Below, in pieces: positions 58,656 to 64,000 of a DNA stretch of 64,000 bases. Origin of the DNA: Rhizodiscina lignyota (taxonomy: Eukaryota); contig ML978128.1 in NCBI GenBank assembly GCA_010015805.1, positions 186,001 to 250,000 on the forward strand, given 5' to 3'. Both the position numbers and the translations under genes were made by a program. The stretch's first letter is position 1, and every line of letters starts with the position of its first letter. The notes under the pieces are model-generated. The model saw only the letters and a program-made list of their open reading frames with translations. It was not told where the DNA came from and made no database searches.

Positions 58656-59828
58656 ATGTTGTTGACTCTGCTCGTAGCAATCTTCGTGGCGGTTGTGGCC
58701 GCAGCCAGCGACAAAGTCTTCTTCCCGTGGCCGTCTGGCAAATACCATGTGGGGAAGACGCAGCATGTCTTCAATCACACCACTCATGATGATCCTGTGG
58801 CTCCAAAGGGGTCAAATAATACTGGCGAATTCATTGTGGTAACCATCTTGTATCCAACCACTAGAGCGCCGACCGCAGAGACCTCCTTGAAGTATATGGA
58901 CTTCGAATTGGCCCATTTGATTGAGAAGGGATGGCAAATTCCTAATGGGGAGCTGCAAAAGCTGTGGACTCATATCCAATGGCAGCCGCCCGTCATACCT
59001 GGTCCCGCGGGAATGAACAAATATCCAACGCTCTTATTCTCTCCCGGTGCCGGCATGCCCTGCTCATCTAGCACGATGGTTACCTCAGACATGGCCTCAC
59101 AAGGCTATACTGTCCTGTGCGTCGATCACCCGGGAGAGCCACCGTACTTGAAGGTACCGTATGGAGGCGGTGGCGTGTATGGAATTCCGATTGAGTACGA
59201 CTGGGCCAATGATACACTTCTCTACAAAGTAAACAGGAATCGAAAGACCGATTTCGACGCCCTGCTCCAGCTATACCCGCCTCTTGTCGAAGAATTCCAT
59301 GCTCCCTTCAACACATCCACGTATATGCACTTTGGATTCTCAATGGGTGGGAGCGTTGGCACCGATGTGGTCTCTCGCCACGATTCCGTTATTGCCGGGC
59401 TCAATTATGACGGCACTTTCATCGACACACTCTTCGGTGAGACGGTCGATGTCAAGAAACCATTTTTAATCCTCCGAGACGGTCAGCACGATTACGATGA
59501 CACTATCTACGGATACGCCTTCAGCTGGTTCGAGGGAAATCAGACCGCGTGGTGGGAGGAACTGAGGATCAATGGCTCCCATCATCTCGACTTCTCTGAC
59601 GTTAGTCTGTGGGTTGAACTACTGGATCTGAGAGGACGCATCAATGAGAGCTTCGTGGATGTGGGTACGATCACGGGCTCTCGCATTCGGCATATCCAAA
59701 CAGCCTTCACTACGGCATTTTACGACATGGTTCTAGGGAAGACAGAGTGCTTGCTGGAGGAGTCTCTACCCAATAAGGAGTGGCCTGAGGTGATCTTCAT
59801 TAATAGTAGTTCCGAAGCCAGTAGTTAG
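58656..59828 (+). CDS. Secreted PAF-acetylhydrolase-like alpha/beta hydrolase, intronless
   Basis: Signal peptide; LFSPGAG, ASQGYTVLCVDHPGE, nucleophile GFSMGG, NYDG, GSHHLDFSD. Confidence 0.85.
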   Translation: MLLTLLVAIFVAVVAAASDKVFFPWPSGKYHVGKTQHVFNHTTHDDPVAPKGSNNTGEFIVVTILYPTTRAPTAETSLKYMDFELAHLIEKGWQIPNGELQKLWTHIQWQPPVIPGPAGMNKYPTLLFSPGAGMPCSSSTMVTSDMASQGYTVLCVDHPGEPPYLKVPYGGGGVYGIPIEYDWANDTLLYKVNRNRKTDFDALLQLYPPLVEEFHAPFNTSTYMHFGFSMGGSVGTDVVSRHDSVIAGLNYDGTFIDTLFGETVDVKKPFLILRDGQHDYDDTIYGYAFSWFEGNQTAWWEELRINGSHHLDFSDVSLWVELLDLRGRINESFVDVGTITGSRIRHIQTAFTTAFYDMVLGKTECLLEESLPNKEWPEVIFINSSSEASS

Positions 59829-60328
59829 AGATGTCTTCCTACAACGCACGACAATTACTACAAGCGCGATAAGACTACGTACTAGATTAAGACATTCTAC
59901 TTCATACGACACTTAAGTGAAGTAATCGAATCCGAAGCCTTTAATCAGAACGGTAAAAGACTTGACCAGCGCAGCTTGTATTGACACTTTTAATGGTTAG
60001 TTGCTGCTTTTAGGCCATGTCTAGCGTAGGGCATAAGAGCACAGATTTCACGGTATTTTATGTTTATAAAGCGTGAGACGAAGAATTGCCGGCTCGCTGA
60101 TTCATTTCAATGTTTGATTCTGTTCATAATACTTGTTTATGTGAACCAGGAAAACTTCAGCGAAAGGAAGCAGCAGGTGTCAGTCATCGACACGTCCATC
60201 TTCATTAATGTTCTAACCTATAGTACACATATGCATCGGATTGGGTATCATCGTCCCATTCCATTCCCATTCCTTCCCCAGCCAGCAGGAAAACGCCGAT
60301 CGCTATGCCGTGAGTATTCACTATGATA

Positions 60329-61444
60329 TTAAGTAGGACTTGTGTCTCCAGGGGCTTTGCCCGTTTTCTTCCTCTTCAACTTGGGAGGACCCGCACTCAC
60401 TGGGCTCTTCTCGCCGCCCTTCAATCCCTTCTTTGCTTGTTCTAGCCCTTGCGTCTTGATCTCCGGCAGTGGAGTGTTCGTCCGAGAGGGGAGGCTGCTT
60501 GCTGCAGACACTGCAGCTGCAGCAGCAGCTTGTGCCTTCGCTTGTTGAGCCTGCTGTTGCGCTCTCAGATGCTCTGTCGAAGATGCGAACACAAAGTTTC
60601 CTGGCTCGCCACGCAGAGGGTTCTCGTCCATATACTCTGATCCATGTGCTGCTGTAAGACGAAGTGACTCTCCAAGGAGTCGAAGATCATCATCTGTATC
60701 CTGCAATGCTTTTGCGCCGCTTACACTATTTGCTACTGATGGTACTGGCGTACCTGGGTCTAACGACTGACCACGAGATTCGGTACCGGCTGCTTTCTTT
60801 GCAGACAAGATAGCTGATGGCGACAGGTAGTAATGGCCCTGGACAGGACTGTATAGAGGGAGTGAAGAGGCGAGCGAGAAGAAGGAAGTCATCGCACTGG
60901 TAATGGACAGCTATTCATCCGTCTTAGCATGAGCGATTCGAGGAAACTAGGCGATTCAAGACTGACCATTCTAGACTTGAGAATGTCGGCGATGCTCGGA
61001 GCTTGCCAAATGTTCTCTCCAACAACGTAGTACGTCCCGAGCAATCTCAACTCATCCTCCTTCCCTTGCTCCTTGCGTCTCTCCTGCTTGCGAATGACCC
61101 AGACTGGGTTGAGCATCTCTTTCCCTTCAGGAGGCTCCTCCACAACGACATACTCGACTCCTGCCATTGTCCTCAATCTGGCCTCGAACGTGTCGCGCTT
61201 CCGCACCAACTCCTCGAGGCCGGCTTGATACTGTGATTGCGTCTTGAGCACGCCATTGTTGGATGTAGGATCGAAGAAGTGTGAGTTCATGAAGTAGAGG
61301 TGAACTGTGGATGCGTTAGCTCGGCCAGCAGAGAGATCGATTGTTCTGCGCACCATTGTGATTCGCAATGCCTTTGTAGAATGCGATAGCTTCATTGTTG
61401 CGCCACGGGTATTGGCTCAAATCGATCTCGTTTGCCTCAGCCAT
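60329..61444 (-). CDS. MED6: Mediator of RNA polymerase II subunit 6
   Basis: YFMNSHFFDPTSNNGVL, WVIRKQER, YYVVGENIWQAPS. Exons 61444-61354, 61304-60967, 60910-60329; upstream in-frame ATG at 61561 is possible. Confidence 0.9.
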
Positions 61445-61663
61445 TTCTCGAAAGCAATAAAGCTCCAAGCGTGGTTCCGGGCATGCGAGTGCAAGGTGTG
61501 GCTTCTGGATACGTGAGAAGTTGTTGTTGTTGTTGGTAGAATTGAAACGCGCCCCACTCATGTACGAACATTGAAGCTCTACACCAGCTCGCCGGCACCC
61601 TTTAAAATCTCCCGTCACTTTCTACTTCTACTTCACCGCAATACCACACCAAATATCTACATC

Positions 61664-62667
61664 ATGGATCTGGTGCACTCCATACGAAAAGAAGGCAGTC
61701 GGTACGTGATAAAACGGTTTTCGCATGGAATACTGCTCACAATTTACAGCGGCGGTCGCGGCGAATTCAAGTGGGATGATGTCAAGCTCGACAAGGACCG
61801 CGAGAATTATCTCGGTCACAGCCTTATGGCCCGTACGTCTAAATCACTCCTTAGAGCTGCCCTTTATAACATCAGATTGTGCGAAAACACGTCTAACACG
61901 TCTATTTTCTAGCTGTCGGCCGATGGCAGAAGAACAGAGATCTATCCTGGTATTCGAAAGGCGACGTAGACGAGGAAGCCAAGTTATCAGAGGCGGATAG
62001 GCGCAAAGAGGAAATCAGGAAGATCAAGGAGGCAGAGGAAGATGCTATGGCTACAGCGCTCGGCTTGCCACCACCAAATAGAGCGAAGGACAACCCAAAT
62101 ATCGTCGAACTCGGTCCCAGCAAGATTGCTCAACCTGCTGCAGAAGAAAGGGCCCTGAGGAGGGAAGAGCCTCAACGTGAGGAGGTTAGGCATCGACGCC
62201 ACAGAGATGACGATCGGGAGTATGACCGCCGTGAGCGGCGAAAGAGGGAGGACGATAGGGAGCGATACAGACGGAGGAGTCGCAGCCGCTCGCCTAGGCA
62301 GCATGACCGACGACGAGAGGATGATCGCGTTCGCCGACGAGATGCTCGATCAAGGTCTCGATCACCACATGAGAGCAGGGACAAGCACAGAAGACGTTCT
62401 CGTTCACGCTCAATATCTCAAGACCGTCGCGCACCAAGGAGAAACCGATCGCCTAACGTGGACCGATACAGAGAGAGAAGTCCGATGTGGCGGAAGCGAC
62501 GCAGAGAAGAGTTGGACAGCGATTCTCAGGCAACATCTCCTTCCCCTCAACGAGACGAAGGTCGTCGCCAGAGGGAAGAATACCCGCAGGACAACAGGAG
62601 GCGAGATGGGAGGAGGAACCTGAACGAGTCAAGACCTGACGCAAGGCACGACTACAAACGTCGATGA
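61664..62667 (+). CDS. MMTAG2/C1orf35-like protein with RS/RD-rich C-terminus
   Basis: MDLVHSIRKEGSR|GGRGEFKWDDVK...RENYLGHSLMA|PVGRWQKNRDLSWY. Introns 61702-61749, 61833-61912. Confidence 0.88.
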
Positions 62668-63468
62668 GGGGCTCTTCCAATTGATGACATCAAATTTCAA
62701 CACCTCTGACAAACTTGTTTTCCTCCAAAGTGTCTGCTCGGAGATGTTCATCTTGGCCTTGGAAACATTGCAATGTTTCCAGCGGCCGTCAACCACATAT
62801 CATGCCGCACCTACGATAGATTGTTTTCTGTAAACGATTGCGGCTCAACAGTCATGCGCACGAACTGTGCCTGCACATTCAGGCTATTTGATTTGTTTTC
62901 TGGGTTTCGCTTGGGTGCCGCTACTGGCAGGATGCTGGAACAGAAGACGTCTCGACCTTGGCGCATACGGCCAACCTGCTGTCACGTTTCAAGTAAACGT
63001 CGTTTGTCACCTGTCGCTGCCGATTCTTGCAGGAAACAGCCAACACCTTATTTATTCAGGCCCGCAGTCAAAGGCTCGGCACACTTTATTCGGAATTCGT
63101 CACTCTAAACTATCGTGTTGTCCTCTCCTTTTGTCACCGCAACTAATTCCCGCGGCGCCCTACCGATTGTGCCCTAGGGCGTGTAGTCTCAAACCTAGTG
63201 ATATAGAGGGGCTAGCAAGCATGAGAAAATGTGTTCAGTTTTTGATTAATTGATCAGGTGGTTGACCTCCTGATGTGAACTCCTCGAACTAAGTCACTCG
63301 CGAGAGCTCATCGCAAGATAAATATCGAGCGTTTCCGGGCCTCAGTCTCTACTTTCTCAATCACTCGTTCCAGCCATTCATTTCTTGGGACTGCTCACCT
63401 TCGTTCTACGCCATTTACCACAATACAATATTCAGTTTTTTTTATCTTCGGCTCCACAAGCTATCAAG

Positions 63469-64000
63469 ATGCTCAGCCACAAGACGCTCACACTTGTCTT
63501 CTCAGTTTTGATCACACTCCCTCGATACACCGCCGCTCACGGCTACGTACAGTCCATTGTCGTTAATGGCAAATCTTTTCCTGGATTCAATCCTTCCGAC
63601 ATCTACCAAAACCCAGCCCCAGCCGTTGCTGGATGGACCGCCGGCAATCAAGACAACGGTTTCGTCGCTCCAGACGGGGGTGACGACGTGATCTGCCACA
63701 AGAATGCTACGCCGGGACAGGCTTATGTTACAGCCAATGCCGGTGATATTGTCGGCTTCCAGTGGAACACGTGGCCAACTTCGCACCACGGTCCTATGCT
63801 CGATTACATCGCAAGCTGCGACGGCGAGTGCACCACTGCCGACAAGACCACGCTTTCCTTTGCCAAGCTCGATGCCGTTGGACTCATCTCTGGCTCTAAC
63901 CCTGGAACCTGGGGCGACGATGAGATGATCGCGAATAACTTCACCTGGAATCTACAGCTACCTACCACATTGGCTAGCGGCAACTACGTGATCCGCCATG
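63469..64000 (+). CDS. AA9 lytic polysaccharide monooxygenase (partial; runs off the window, absent from the ORF track)
   Basis: 23-aa signal peptide, then His1 HGYV at 63538; DNGFVAP, DVICHK, WPTSHHGPMLDY, GNYVIRH. Confidence 0.95.
   Translation, partial: MLSHKTLTLVFSVLITLPRYTAAHGYVQSIVVNGKSFPGFNPSDIYQNPAPAVAGWTAGNQDNGFVAPDGGDDVICHKNATPGQAYVTANAGDIVGFQWNTWPTSHHGPMLDYIASCDGECTTADKTTLSFAKLDAVGLISGSNPGTWGDDEMIANNFTWNLQLPTTLASGNYVIRH

Noticed and set aside
63210..63215. GGCTAG (XlnR-like site) upstream of the AA9 gene
   Set aside because: A lone hexamer is expected by chance; no supporting second site.
1..64000. Transposons, Starship captain, CRISPR arrays, tRNAs, PKS/NRPS core genes
   Set aside because: No transposase, reverse transcriptase or tyrosine-recombinase motifs, LTR/TIR pairs, repeat-spacer arrays, cloverleafs or megasynthase domains were seen by eye.

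Overview
Intron-containing genomic DNA from a filamentous ascomycete (Pezizomycotina; the class cannot be fixed from this window). Most of it is a backbone of conserved housekeeping genes: YIP1, CYC3, RNase T2, VIP1, RAD23, TIF6, ESS2/DGCR14, POP8-like, NEO1, SEC16, MID1, MED6 and MMTAG2-like. It also holds a few accessory enzymes (SDRs, a VOC protein, a secreted PAF-AH-like hydrolase, a truncated AA9 LPMO) and a dispersed, sequence-divergent but structurally intact 5S rRNA gene that the ORF track cannot show. The standout is an accessory block at about 7.4-19.8 kb. It begins with an island of small orphan ORFs, two of which share a ~65-aa domain. A compact six-gene putative catabolic cluster follows: a small unknown protein, a Zn2Cys6 regulator, a GPR1/FUN34/SatP channel, an FAH + alpha/beta-hydrolase fusion, a stand-alone cytochrome b5 and a metal-dependent amidohydrolase. 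Its three internal promoter regions each carry a CGGAG-N2-4-CGGAGATG direct repeat. The substrate is unknown. All exon boundaries were read by eye from GT..AG and branch signals; no database searches were run.
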